The translations under genes and the position numbers were made by a program. From the NCBI GenBank assembly GCA_965246715.1, contig CBDFFH010000016.1:1-50925 (forward strand): a DNA stretch of 50,925 nt, in the 5' to 3' direction. Positions 22,109 to 31,374 of this stretch are shown here, in pieces (the stretch's first letter is position 1; each line of letters opens with the position of its first letter). The notes beneath the pieces are model-generated. The model worked only from the letters and a program-made list of their open reading frames with translations. It made no database searches and was not told the DNA's origin. Origin of the DNA: Chamaesiphon sp. GTDB taxonomy: Bacteria; Cyanobacteriota; Cyanobacteriia; Cyanobacteriales; Chamaesiphonaceae.

Positions 22109-24022
22109 ATGCACTCAGCCACGCGACTGGATGACCTCAAGATTTTAGAGTGTTTCTTGCAAAACTCGCTCCACGCCCACATGGGGCGGATTATCCCGTT
22201 CCGAGTTCAGTGTCTATACAAAGACGAAACCCTGTGGGTACTCGCGCAACATCCCACGGAAGTCGCGATCGATATTCCCGATACTTTTAGCGTCCTAGAA
22301 CGCGCCTTGCAAGCCGAAGAGCCAAAAACCCCGCTGGCAGTGAAATTGTACCTGCGAGCGGAAGGCAATCAACGTCCTTACAGTCAACAAAGTTTTACAG
22401 TTTATCCCCTTGTGAAGAAAGTCGTCCCCGGAGAAGCCGCCCCAGAAATGACTGGAACAGGCGAAGATCGTACCGCACTGGAACGCGATCGCCATGCACT
22501 GCTGTCGGAAACCTCGTATTCATCCCCGAGCGACATCGACGAAGCCAGCACGATAGCAGCAACGATTCCTGAGATCGTATCCGATCGAGAGCATGGTGCT
22601 GACAGCGATTCGAAACAAGGACGGCTGATAACAGCGATCGATGCCGATGCCTTTGTCGCAAATATCGAGCATTCCTTCGGGACGTTTGAAGAGCGCAAAA
22701 ATAGCAATATATATCCACCATCTAGAGATCGTTCCAAGCGCAATCTGCTCCTGCCGATTCTCGGTGGGGTGGGAGCGCTCGCGCTTGCTGCTGGGGGCGG
22801 ATATATGGGTACGCGGCCTTGTGTACTCCAAACCTGTACGGAGCTGAGCACTGCGACACAGCTTACACAATCCTCACTGACGGCACTGAGTAATCCGCAA
22901 GTAACAGTACCAGAAATATTAACAGCCCAAAAACAGCTCCACCAAAGTGTCACAAATCTCAAATCGATTCCGGCTTGGTCTGGTAGCTATGGCACCGCTC
23001 AAAAATCGCTGCAAGCAACCGAACCTCAAGTTGCTGACATGGATACTACAGTTGGGGCGATGAATCAGGCATATCGAGCTACCTCGATCGTCAAAAATCC
23101 GCCGATTCCCGTCCTCAAATGGCAAGAAAGCAAGCAAATGTGGACGGATTCGATCGTGAGTCTGCAAAAGATTCCGGCTGCTAGCAAGGTTTATCCCCTC
23201 GCCCAACAAAAACTCACCGACTATCAAGGCAAATTAGCCGATGTCGATCGGCGGATCGAAGCTGAAACTACCGCCCAAGAGAAGCTCAAATCTGCGGTAC
23301 AGACGATCGATGCTGCCACTAAAGCCCAAGCTGTTGCTAAATCTCTGGCCGAATGGCGTGGCATCAAGACACAGTGGGATAAAGCTAGCAGCGAACTCAC
23401 GAGCATTCCGGTAGCGACGAATGTTTATCCACAAGCCCAAGTTCAGCTCAAAGCCGCTCAACCAAAAATCGCGATCGCCGCCGACAAGGTTGCCGAAGAA
23501 GAACGCGCTGCCCAAAATTACAAGAATGCGATCGCTCTCGCTCAAGCAGCCAAACTATCTCAAAAAACTAACAAGTTAGCTCAAGCAGTCGGACAGTGGA
23601 ATCAATCGGTAGTCGCGATCCAAAGCGTGCCCCAAACTAGCTCGATCTATAGTCAAGCTCAGCCGCTAGCGATCGAGTATACCAAAAGTTTTCAGCAAGC
23701 CGAGGCACAACTCAAAGCCTTGCAACAAATCGCCCTAGCCAATAAAGATCTCCAACGCACTTGTACTGGCAATCCCCAAATTTGCACCTACACAGTTACG
23801 AATAAGGGTATCGTCGTGCGGTTGCTGTCGATTTACACTCAGACCCTAATGCAAACGGCAATTGCCGCATCGACGCAAGGTGATGCTAATGCCAAAGCGG
23901 GCATTCTCAATCATATCAATACGCTCGGTAATGCCCTCCAAACGATCGCTGACAATGCCAAACTTCCCATCCAAGTCTTCGGTGCCGATGGCAAGCAAAT
24001 TCAATTGTATCGTCCGTCTTAA
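22109..24022 (+). CDS. Hypothetical single-pass membrane protein with helical repeats
   Basis: 637 aa ORF; TM segment LLLPILGGVGALALAAGGGY; repeated W..S...LxxIP..SxxYxxAQ units. Confidence 0.8.
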   Translation: MHSATRLDDLKILECFLQNSLHAHMGRIIPFRVQCLYKDETLWVLAQHPTEVAIDIPDTFSVLERALQAEEPKTPLAVKLYLRAEGNQRPYSQQSFTVYPLVKKVVPGEAAPEMTGTGEDRTALERDRHALLSETSYSSPSDIDEASTIAATIPEIVSDREHGADSDSKQGRLITAIDADAFVANIEHSFGTFEERKNSNIYPPSRDRSKRNLLLPILGGVGALALAAGGGYMGTRPCVLQTCTELSTATQLTQSSLTALSNPQVTVPEILTAQKQLHQSVTNLKSIPAWSGSYGTAQKSLQATEPQVADMDTTVGAMNQAYRATSIVKNPPIPVLKWQESKQMWTDSIVSLQKIPAASKVYPLAQQKLTDYQGKLADVDRRIEAETTAQEKLKSAVQTIDAATKAQAVAKSLAEWRGIKTQWDKASSELTSIPVATNVYPQAQVQLKAAQPKIAIAADKVAEEERAAQNYKNAIALAQAAKLSQKTNKLAQAVGQWNQSVVAIQSVPQTSSIYSQAQPLAIEYTKSFQQAEAQLKALQQIALANKDLQRTCTGNPQICTYTVTNKGIVVRLLSIYTQTLMQTAIAASTQGDANAKAGILNHINTLGNALQTIADNAKLPIQVFGADGKQIQLYRPS

Positions 24023-24051
24023 TTAGTAGCTATCTAGCCACGATTCTTTGA

Positions 24052-24085
24052 ATATCCCCAATTTCTCTAGAGAAGTCGGGGATAT
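24052..24085. repeat. Imperfect palindrome (REP-like; possible terminator)
   Basis: ATATCCCCAATTTCTC-TA-GAGAAGTCGGGGATAT just after the stop codon. Confidence 0.6.
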
Positions 24086-24095
24086 GTCATGTCTA

Positions 24096-24498
24096 ACGTC
24101 AGTTCGGGTTAAGGATCTCTCTTTTAGACCCTTTTTGTGGTGGTGCTTAGTTTTGGGTTGCTGGTACTAAAGAACCCGGGTCTGGGGGTTCCGACCCCCA
24201 GACCCCCCGTTGAGGAGCGACCCAAATCGCGCTGAGGTCTCCGTCTGGCGACACGTCTCGCTTCGCTCGCCTACAGCGTGCGTTTGGGTCAAGACAGCGG
24301 AGTGCTGTCTTGATGCGCTAAACCCTCGGGAAACCCGAGGAGCGCGCATCGCCGCCCCTCAAACTCCCCTGCACAAGGGTTGGTTTGTGGGTAGCGTAAA
24401 GCGCTTCGCATTAGCTTCGCAAGGGGAATCGATTGTGGGGGCGGTTCCGAAACGAAGCAAGGAGTCGTTAATCGAAAATCCTTAACCCGAACTGACGT
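24096..24498. mobile_element. MITE-like element, same TIR family with different GC-rich cargo (403 bp)
   Basis: TIRs ACGTCAGTTCGGGTTAAGGAT...ATCCTTAACCCGAACTGACGT; internal hairpins such as GGGGTCTGGGGG-TTCCGA-CCCCCAGACCCC. Confidence 0.8.
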
Positions 24499-24504
24499 TA
24501 TTTA

Positions 24505-24741
24505 ACGTGAGTTCGGGTTAAGGAAAATCGATCTGCTCCGTTCAAGCACCGCCCTGAACTATAAGTGTTTCGTTCCGAAAGGCTACGCCAACGGGCTAAT
24601 AGCAAAAGTTCGTTGAAACGAACTAATCAATTGGGCAGTTCTCTTCAGAGAACTTTTGCTATGAGCAACTAATTCATTTGAGGGCGGTTCAGAAACGAAG
24701 CTAGGAGTCATTAAGTGGACATCTTTAACCCGAACTCACGT
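24505..24741. mobile_element. MITE-like element, copy 3 (237 bp, flanks inverted relative to copies 1 and 2)
   Basis: TIRs ACGTGAGTTCGGGTTAA...TTAACCCGAACTCACGT; TATTTA on both sides (24499-24504, 24742-24747). Confidence 0.85.
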
Positions 24742-25080
24742 TATTTAGCAGCACAATTTCCATCGCTCGGATCGCAGTCAATCGAAATTATAGCGATTAG
24801 CTAGCTTTGATAAGCAAATCTTATGTTTTATGGGGTAGAGCGAGTGAAAGTGTCATCGGTCACCTTGCTGTGCTGTCTGGAATGCTCGCCAACAGGGGTG
24901 TAATAATTTATATCTCTTAAATATTTATCTACAAAAAAGTAAGTTTGCACTTAGATAGATGTGATAAGCTGTCGGGATAATTATTGTAATCCTCAACGGG
25001 TAATCGATATCTGTTTAATTTGCCGAATATATTAACTAAATTTTCAATAAGTTATTTACATTTATCAAAATTGAAAAGAC

Positions 25081-26800
25081 ATGACTAAAGAGATTTTACT
25101 CAGATAGCAATCGCCAACTAGCTAGTCAAGCGCAAACAGCCTCGACGCAGCCTGACGAGAGCGAGCGCGAACTCCAAGGAGCGATCGTCCCAGCACATCC
25201 GAGCGAGATCGAGCGCGAATTTAGAGGATTGGTGCCACATCCGAACGAAGTCGAACGTGGCGAACGCGAACTCAGACCGATTCCGGTAGCAGATAATGGG
25301 ATCGCGACCCAAGATAATGGACTCGCTCCAGCCGAAATCGATCGTCGCCAGCCACCAGAAATCGGCGAAAATGGCGAGCGGCGCACCCCACCGCCTGACA
25401 AAATTCCGAATGTATGGATTTATGATGGTGAAGTTTACGATCTGACCGAATTTATTCAAAAGCATCCTGGTGGCGATTTTTTTATCGGACGCACCAAGAA
25501 TCGCGACATTACGACGATCGTAAATATTTTTCATCGCAATCCTGAAAAAGTCAAAAGAATTCTCAAACAATATGCGCTAAATCGCCCCGCGATTCCTGAA
25601 GACGTACATCCAAAATACACCGCACCACCATTTTTATTCAAACCTGATTTTAATGGTTGGAAAGATACGCCTAAATTTAATTTTAATCGTCCAAATCAAC
25701 TGCTCGATCGGATTAGAAAACGGCTAAAAGAGCCAGAAATGCAAACTAAAGTCGATCGGATGGATGCGCTGTTCGATACGGTATCGATCGGGTTGTTTAT
25801 CATCTATATCCTGACGCAATGGTTGCGATTGACTCAGGTAGAATACATGCCGATTTATGTATTTGTACCGCTAATGGCAATCCTGCGAATATCGCTGTCT
25901 GGTGCAGGTCACTACCTGATTCATCGACCGCAAGTTGGCTGGACGAAGGTATTGGCACATGTGTTTGATTTTAGTTATGTGCCGATGACATTGGTAGTGA
26001 CAGATGGGCATTCGTTGATGCATCATCCGTTTACCCAAAGTGAGGTCGATATCAAACGCAATGTGTTTACAGGAATGTTAGAATTGCCGCGATACTATCG
26101 AGTGCCAGTGCATACGATCCATAAATTCGGTCACGTTATTTGTGGGATGTTAATTCGGACGATCGAGATTATCGCCCTGACTGCCAGAATTGGCGTTAAG
26201 GATAGCTATGGTACTTGGCCGCGCGCTAGTTTGCATTTTTCAGGAGCGATGATTAGTCGGCTGCTATCGATCGGCGAGCTAGTGTTATTTTGTCTGCATG
26301 GCGATGCGATCGCGTGGTTTGCCCAATTTGGATTGACGCTGTGGGTCAACACGTTTATGATTGTCGCCAGTCATGATTTTGAGGATGCAGAAGCTGTCGA
26401 TATCGATAAATTGGAGCTGCAAGATTGGGCGATTTCCCAGATTGAAAACTCTTACGATCTGACGGTAATCGGGAACAAATATATCGATTGTTTTCTCTCG
26501 GCAGGTTTGGCTCCACATCGCGTCCACCATGTTTTGCCTTATCAACGCAGTGGATTTGCCAATATTATTAGCGAAGACATCGTGCGATCGGAAGCAGCCA
26601 ATTTTAACGTGCCTTGGTTACCTGCGAAAAACTTTTTTATCGATCGATTGCCGATTACAATCGCTAAATATTTAACCGGGCCATCGCGGATGGCAGCAGA
26701 ACAAAAATTGGGACTATGGCAAGAGCATTTTCATCCGGAGGCCATTAAAGCAACCGTAGATTATGCGGTGAAAGGATATACCGGAATCAATTCGATTTAG
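25081..26800 (+). CDS. Cytochrome b5-fused membrane desaturase-family protein (Rv1371-like); start uncertain (ATG 25081 with a +1 frameshift, or TTG 25229)
   Basis: WIYDGEVYDLTEFIQKHPGG heme motif; His boxes HYLIH, HSLMHH, HRVHH; reading frame open from 25085 to 26800. Confidence 0.85.
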
Positions 26801-26850
26801 TTTAACCACATATTTACTATTTAACGGCTAACTAACAGGAGTACAACAAA

Positions 26851-28127
26851 ATGCAACTCAACGAAACTCAGCCAGTCGCACGGGCGCTCGACAAATCAAC
26901 TTTCAACCCCCAAATCGACGAACTCGGACTCGATCGACGCGGCATCGCCGAGATCGAGCGCGTTCGACCCAATCCTTTGGTTACGACGATCGAAAGTATC
27001 GCGACAGGCAATCCCGATCGCGTTATCCGCCAATCCGACGCAGCAAAAGTCGTGGCGAAAATGGCGAACTTAGCCAAGCATAGCGAACGCATCGAGAAAA
27101 TCTATCAAAATACCCGGATCGACACTAGACATCTCGCTCTAGATTTATTGTCGGATGAAGCGATCGCCTTTAGTAGGGCGGCGACGATGCAAGCCAGAAT
27201 GCAACTGTATCGAGAACATGCGATCCCCCTAGCCGAAAAAGTCGCGCGAAAAGCACTCAAGTCATGCGGCTGGCAAGCACCGCGCCGAACACCCGTTTGC
27301 CCTCCGATCCGATCGAAGCAACCATCGGATCGATCGTCTTTGTCTCCAGTACTGGCTTTCTCTCACCAGGAGTCGATACGGCAATTATCGAACGGTTGGG
27401 GTTGAGCAGAGATGTCGCCCGCGTCAATATCAATTTCATGGGCTGTGCGGCGGCGATGAATGGTTTACAGGTTGCCAGCAGTTTCGTGCGCTCCAATCCC
27501 AATCGCCGCGCTTTAGTGATTTGTCTGGAGTTGAGTTCGCTCAATGCGGTATTTGAAGATAATATCAACGATCTGATTATCCACAGTATTTTTGGTGATG
27601 GCTGTGCGGCGATCGTGGTTGGGGCTGGCGAAGCAGCATCGCTTGATTAGTGCTGACGGTCATTCCTCCGGTACGGGTCGCGTGATTATCAAAGATCGGT
27701 TCAGCCATCTATTTGAAAATACCGAAGATGGGATCGTCCTAGGCGTTCGGGGATAATGGGATTACCTGCACGCTATCGCGCCAACTGCCCGATTATATCG
27801 AGGCGGGGGTCGGCCCGATCGTCGATCGATTTTTAGCCAGTCACGGACTCAGCAAAGCTGATATCGATGCCTGGGCGATCCATCCTGGTGGTACGAAGAT
27901 TATCGAAAGCGCACAGCGCTCCCTCGGTCTCGATGACTCTCAGGTGAACGGATAGTTGGGCGGTGCTAGCCAAATATGGCAATATGCTCAGTCCCTCGAT
28001 CCTATTTGTGATGGAGCGGATGCTGTTGAGATGGGAAACAACATCACCACCGAAAGTATCGAACGGAGTGGCTTTTTCTTTCTCGCCAGGAGTCGGCATC
28101 GAAGGCATTTTATTCCAGCGAGTTTAA
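26851..28127 (+). CDS. Type III polyketide synthase (Pks18-like), broken by frameshifts as sequenced
   Basis: Segments in successive frames: IESIATGNP, SSTGFLSPGVD, NFMGCAAAMNGL (Cys at 27444), HSIFGDGC, WAIHPGG (His at 27881), YGNMLS (Asn at 27981), FSFSPGVGIEG; stop at 28125-28127. Confidence 0.88.
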
Positions 28128-28314
28128 TACCATTTTGGATTATGGATTAAGAAAGCCTTGCTGTAGGTGAAGTCTGCTAACTTATCTGTCACCCTTATTT
28201 TTTAAATCGGTACAACAACCCAGGACGAGAATTAAGACAAGTAGCGATCCATTACCCATAAGATTGATGACTGGACACACTAATACGAAATTGGCGATTT
28301 AAAGTAGGCGAGTT

Positions 28315-30204
28315 ATGAAATTTATTCGATTTCTTTGGACTTTATCATCGTGGAATCTCCTACTGGCAACGATCGCGGGGCTAATTAGCGGTGTCGGTAA
28401 TGCGATGTTGATTTCGACGATCAATCGATCGATCAATCAGGGTTCGTTTGCGAATGCATTCGTGTTTTTTATCGCCCTGGCTATTTCGATTTTAGTTACT
28501 GGGATTGTCTCCCAATTTTTGCTGATTAATTTATCCCAAAATGCCATTTATCAATTGCGGTTGCGCTTGAGTCGCGATATCCTGGCCGCGCCATTACCCC
28601 ATCTCGAACGGTTGGGCGAAAATCGCTTACTCGCTGCTTTAACAGAAGATATTCGGATTCTGTCACAATCATTTTCGATCGTGCCCAGTCTGTGTATCGA
28701 TCTGGCAACTGTCATTGGCGCACTAACTTATTTAGCATTTTTATCGGGGCCGATTTTTGCCCTGACAATCGGCTCGTCGGCGCTATCGATCGCCTTTATC
28801 CAACTCAGACTCAAGAAAGCGCAGACATTGATGCGCGTCGCCCGCGAAGAGGAAGACACGCTCCTCAAGCACTTTCAATCGATAATTAAAGGGAATAAAG
28901 AACTCAAGCTAAATCGATCGCGGCGGGAAGATTTTGCAACTAATTATCTGCATAGTAGTGCGGCCAAACTCCGGCAGAAAAATACGATTGCGATGAAGGA
29001 TTTTGCGATCGCCAATGGCTTGGGTCAGATGACTCAGTTTCTGGCTGTCGGATTTATTCTGTTTATCCTACCGGGATTGATGCAGATTCCGGTGTCGATG
29101 TTGTCTTCCTATATTATTATTACGACTTTCTTAGGGTTGCCCATGCAAAATCTCTTGCATCGAGCGCCAGAAATTATCCGGGCGAATGTCTCGCTGCGGA
29201 AGATCGAGATGATGGAACTTTCGCTGGCAACTGAAAGTGAATTCGTGCCAGAAAGAAGTAAGCCAGAGCGCGATCGCAAATTCAGCAGACTGAAACTCGA
29301 TCGGGTGACTTATTTATATCATCCCGACGATCGATCTCAAGTTCCCCATTTCCCGCCCCATCCACCTGAAGATATGCCACCAAATCGGCGCGTGGAAGGC
29401 GATCGGGACGATCGAGACAAAATCGCTCACTTACCACCACATCCACATGACGAGCGGCCACCCAGACATGACATGGGACACAATGGACATCCGCCCAGAC
29501 ATCGCCCAGACGATCTCGAACATCGCGGACATCCACCTCGGCATCGACCGGATTTTCCGCCGCCAGAGGAGTTAGAAAGAGGCTTTTTATTAGGGCCGAT
29601 CGATCTGGAGTTAGCTGCTGGCGAGGTAACATTTATTGTCGGCGGTAATGGCAGTGGGAAATCGACACTAGCTAAAGTTATTACGGGATTGTATCCACCG
29701 CAAGCTGGGGCGATTTATCTCGATGATGTCTTAATTACCGAGCAGAATCAGGAATGGTATCGCGAACATTTTTCGTCGATCTTTCACGATTTTTACCTAT
29801 TTGAGCAGTGTCTCGGATTCGATCGCGCCAACCTCGATCGCGAAGTTGAAGATTATTTACAACAATTACAACTCGATCGCAAAGTCAGTGTCAAAAATGG
29901 CGTATTATCGACAATAGATTTATCACAAGGTCAGCGTAAGCGATTAGCTTTGCTGGTAAATTATTTGGAAGATCGCCCGATTTATTTATTTGATGAATGG
30001 GCATCGGATCAAGAGCCATTGTTCCGGGATCTGTTTTATAAACAGATTTTGGTCAAGCTCAAAGAACGCGGTAAAGCCGTCATCGTAATTACCCACGACG
30101 ATCGCTATTTTCATCTGGCCGATCGACTGATTAAACTCAACTATGGCAAGATCGAACATAAATCTGAAGATTTAGGGCGATCGGGTAAATTTAGGCTTGA
30201 ATGA
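28315..30204 (+). CDS. Cyclic-peptide-exporter-type ABC transporter (PvdE/SyrD/YojI family)
   Basis: Membrane domain, GNKELKLN, Walker A GGNGSGKST, LSQGQRKRLAL, FDEWASDQEP and THDDRYF. Confidence 0.9.
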   Translation: MKFIRFLWTLSSWNLLLATIAGLISGVGNAMLISTINRSINQGSFANAFVFFIALAISILVTGIVSQFLLINLSQNAIYQLRLRLSRDILAAPLPHLERLGENRLLAALTEDIRILSQSFSIVPSLCIDLATVIGALTYLAFLSGPIFALTIGSSALSIAFIQLRLKKAQTLMRVAREEEDTLLKHFQSIIKGNKELKLNRSRREDFATNYLHSSAAKLRQKNTIAMKDFAIANGLGQMTQFLAVGFILFILPGLMQIPVSMLSSYIIITTFLGLPMQNLLHRAPEIIRANVSLRKIEMMELSLATESEFVPERSKPERDRKFSRLKLDRVTYLYHPDDRSQVPHFPPHPPEDMPPNRRVEGDRDDRDKIAHLPPHPHDERPPRHDMGHNGHPPRHRPDDLEHRGHPPRHRPDFPPPEELERGFLLGPIDLELAAGEVTFIVGGNGSGKSTLAKVITGLYPPQAGAIYLDDVLITEQNQEWYREHFSSIFHDFYLFEQCLGFDRANLDREVEDYLQQLQLDRKVSVKNGVLSTIDLSQGQRKRLALLVNYLEDRPIYLFDEWASDQEPLFRDLFYKQILVKLKERGKAVIVITHDDRYFHLADRLIKLNYGKIEHKSEDLGRSGKFRLE

Positions 30205-30235
30205 GTGTAGTAAAATCGAAACAATTCATCGATCG

Positions 30236-30323
30236 GCTGAGTCCCCAGTGCGAAGCTCGTGCTTCGCCGACCGCCGAATGACGACGGCGCGCTAGCTTCA
30301 CACTGGGCACTCTAAAACTCAGT
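30236..30323. repeat. Palindromic intergenic element
   Basis: CTGAGTCCCCAGTGCGAAGCT...AGCTTCACACTGGGCACTCTAAAACTCAG stem. Confidence 0.55.
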
Positions 30324-30359
30324 CTTTCACAGTCATCAAACCAAAAATTAATGAGGAAT

Positions 30360-31202
30360 ATGAACAAAACACATCAGCATCGTCCGATGGCGATGGTAGC
30401 ACTGTTGGCGATCGCCGCAAGTAGCTCGCTCATGCTTACAGGCTGTCCTACTACTCCGAAAGACCCGTCCACTCCTACACCTGCACCATCCGTAACAACT
30501 TCTCCCACTGGAACGACTTCTAACACAGATACTCCTGCCGATGAGAAGGGTAAAAATGTCAATACCCCAATGACGGCAGCCATGGGTGGCGATAAACAAG
30601 GTAGCGATCCGGTATCCTTCTTGCTCGACGACCAAGTTAAGAAAGAAGTAAACTTCACTGACGAACAAACTGCCGAACTCAAAAAAGTTAGAGATGAGGT
30701 GAGAGATACCACCAGTGCCAAACTCAAGGCAATGGGTTTGGATAAACTCGATACCGAAGGCAAAAAAGCTAAGATTAAAGAATCTGGTAAAGAGATCGAA
30801 GGGATCTATAACGACTCGCGCGCGAAGATCGACAAAATCATCAAGCCAGCGCAAGCCAAACGCCTCAAAGAAATCGTCCTGCAACGTTATGGTTGGGGTC
30901 CTTTGACTAGCGAACTCTTTAGTGCCGATCTCAAGCTTACTGACAAGCAAAAAGCGGATCTGAAAACGATCGGCGAGCAAATGCAGACCAAAAATCAAAC
31001 TGGTTGGGAACTTCCCACTGGCGATGAAGCAAACAAGACTAAAATCTTGAATGACAACCGCAAACGGATGGAAGCAATCCTCAAAGACGTCAACGAGCAA
31101 TCGATCGCGGTGTTAACACCCGAACAAAAGGCGAGCTTGGACAAACTCAAAGGTGCGCCATTTGCTTATGTGACTCCCGCACCAGGTACGCCAGCTAAAT
31201 AA
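30360..31202 (+). CDS. Predicted lipoprotein with LTXXQ (Spy/CpxP-like) helical repeats
   Basis: Lipobox LTGC, Pro/Thr linker, motifs FTDEQ, LTDKQ and LTPEQ. Confidence 0.75.
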   Translation: MNKTHQHRPMAMVALLAIAASSSLMLTGCPTTPKDPSTPTPAPSVTTSPTGTTSNTDTPADEKGKNVNTPMTAAMGGDKQGSDPVSFLLDDQVKKEVNFTDEQTAELKKVRDEVRDTTSAKLKAMGLDKLDTEGKKAKIKESGKEIEGIYNDSRAKIDKIIKPAQAKRLKEIVLQRYGWGPLTSELFSADLKLTDKQKADLKTIGEQMQTKNQTGWELPTGDEANKTKILNDNRKRMEAILKDVNEQSIAVLTPEQKASLDKLKGAPFAYVTPAPGTPAK

Positions 31203-31224
31203 TCCAAGCTGCTACTTAGAAATG

Positions 31225-31330
31225 CCTACGATTAAAATCGTGGCTAATGATGCAAAGTCCGCCTTCGCGGACTGGTTTATTAGTACAGCTTCGGCGGACT
31301 ATGCAATCTGAGGAGCTGTTTCTATAGCTA
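31225..31330. repeat. REPIN-like double palindrome
   Basis: GCAAAGTCCGCCTTCGCGGACT...CTTCGGCGGACTATGC; homologous to 50321-50498. Confidence 0.7.
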
Positions 31331-31374
31331 GTAGGGTGGGCAATGCCCACCATCAAGGTTTGAGCCTAATACTA
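31331..31374 (+). repeat. GTAG-type REP-like sequence
   Basis: GTAG followed by hairpin GGTGGGCA-A-TGCCCACC; a diverged inverted copy lies at 49684-49728. Confidence 0.75.

Noticed and set aside
24167..24485. ORFs of 60 and 91 aa inside MITE A as a transposase or small proteins
   Set aside because: No DDE or HUH motifs; they run through GC-rich hairpins where stop codons are rare by chance.
24096..24747. CRISPR array
   Set aside because: The repeats are inverted termini of MITE-like elements, not direct repeats with unique spacers; no cas genes are present.
27255..27950. Programmed ribosomal frameshifting in the PKS
   Set aside because: Four or more shifts without slippery heptamers would give negligible product; sequencing error or decay is far more likely.
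30348..31100. 250 aa antisense ORF, and other long shadow ORFs such as 16098-16607, 22402-22962 and 35802-36329
   Set aside because: They lie opposite well-supported genes and have no motifs, consistent with codon-bias shadows.
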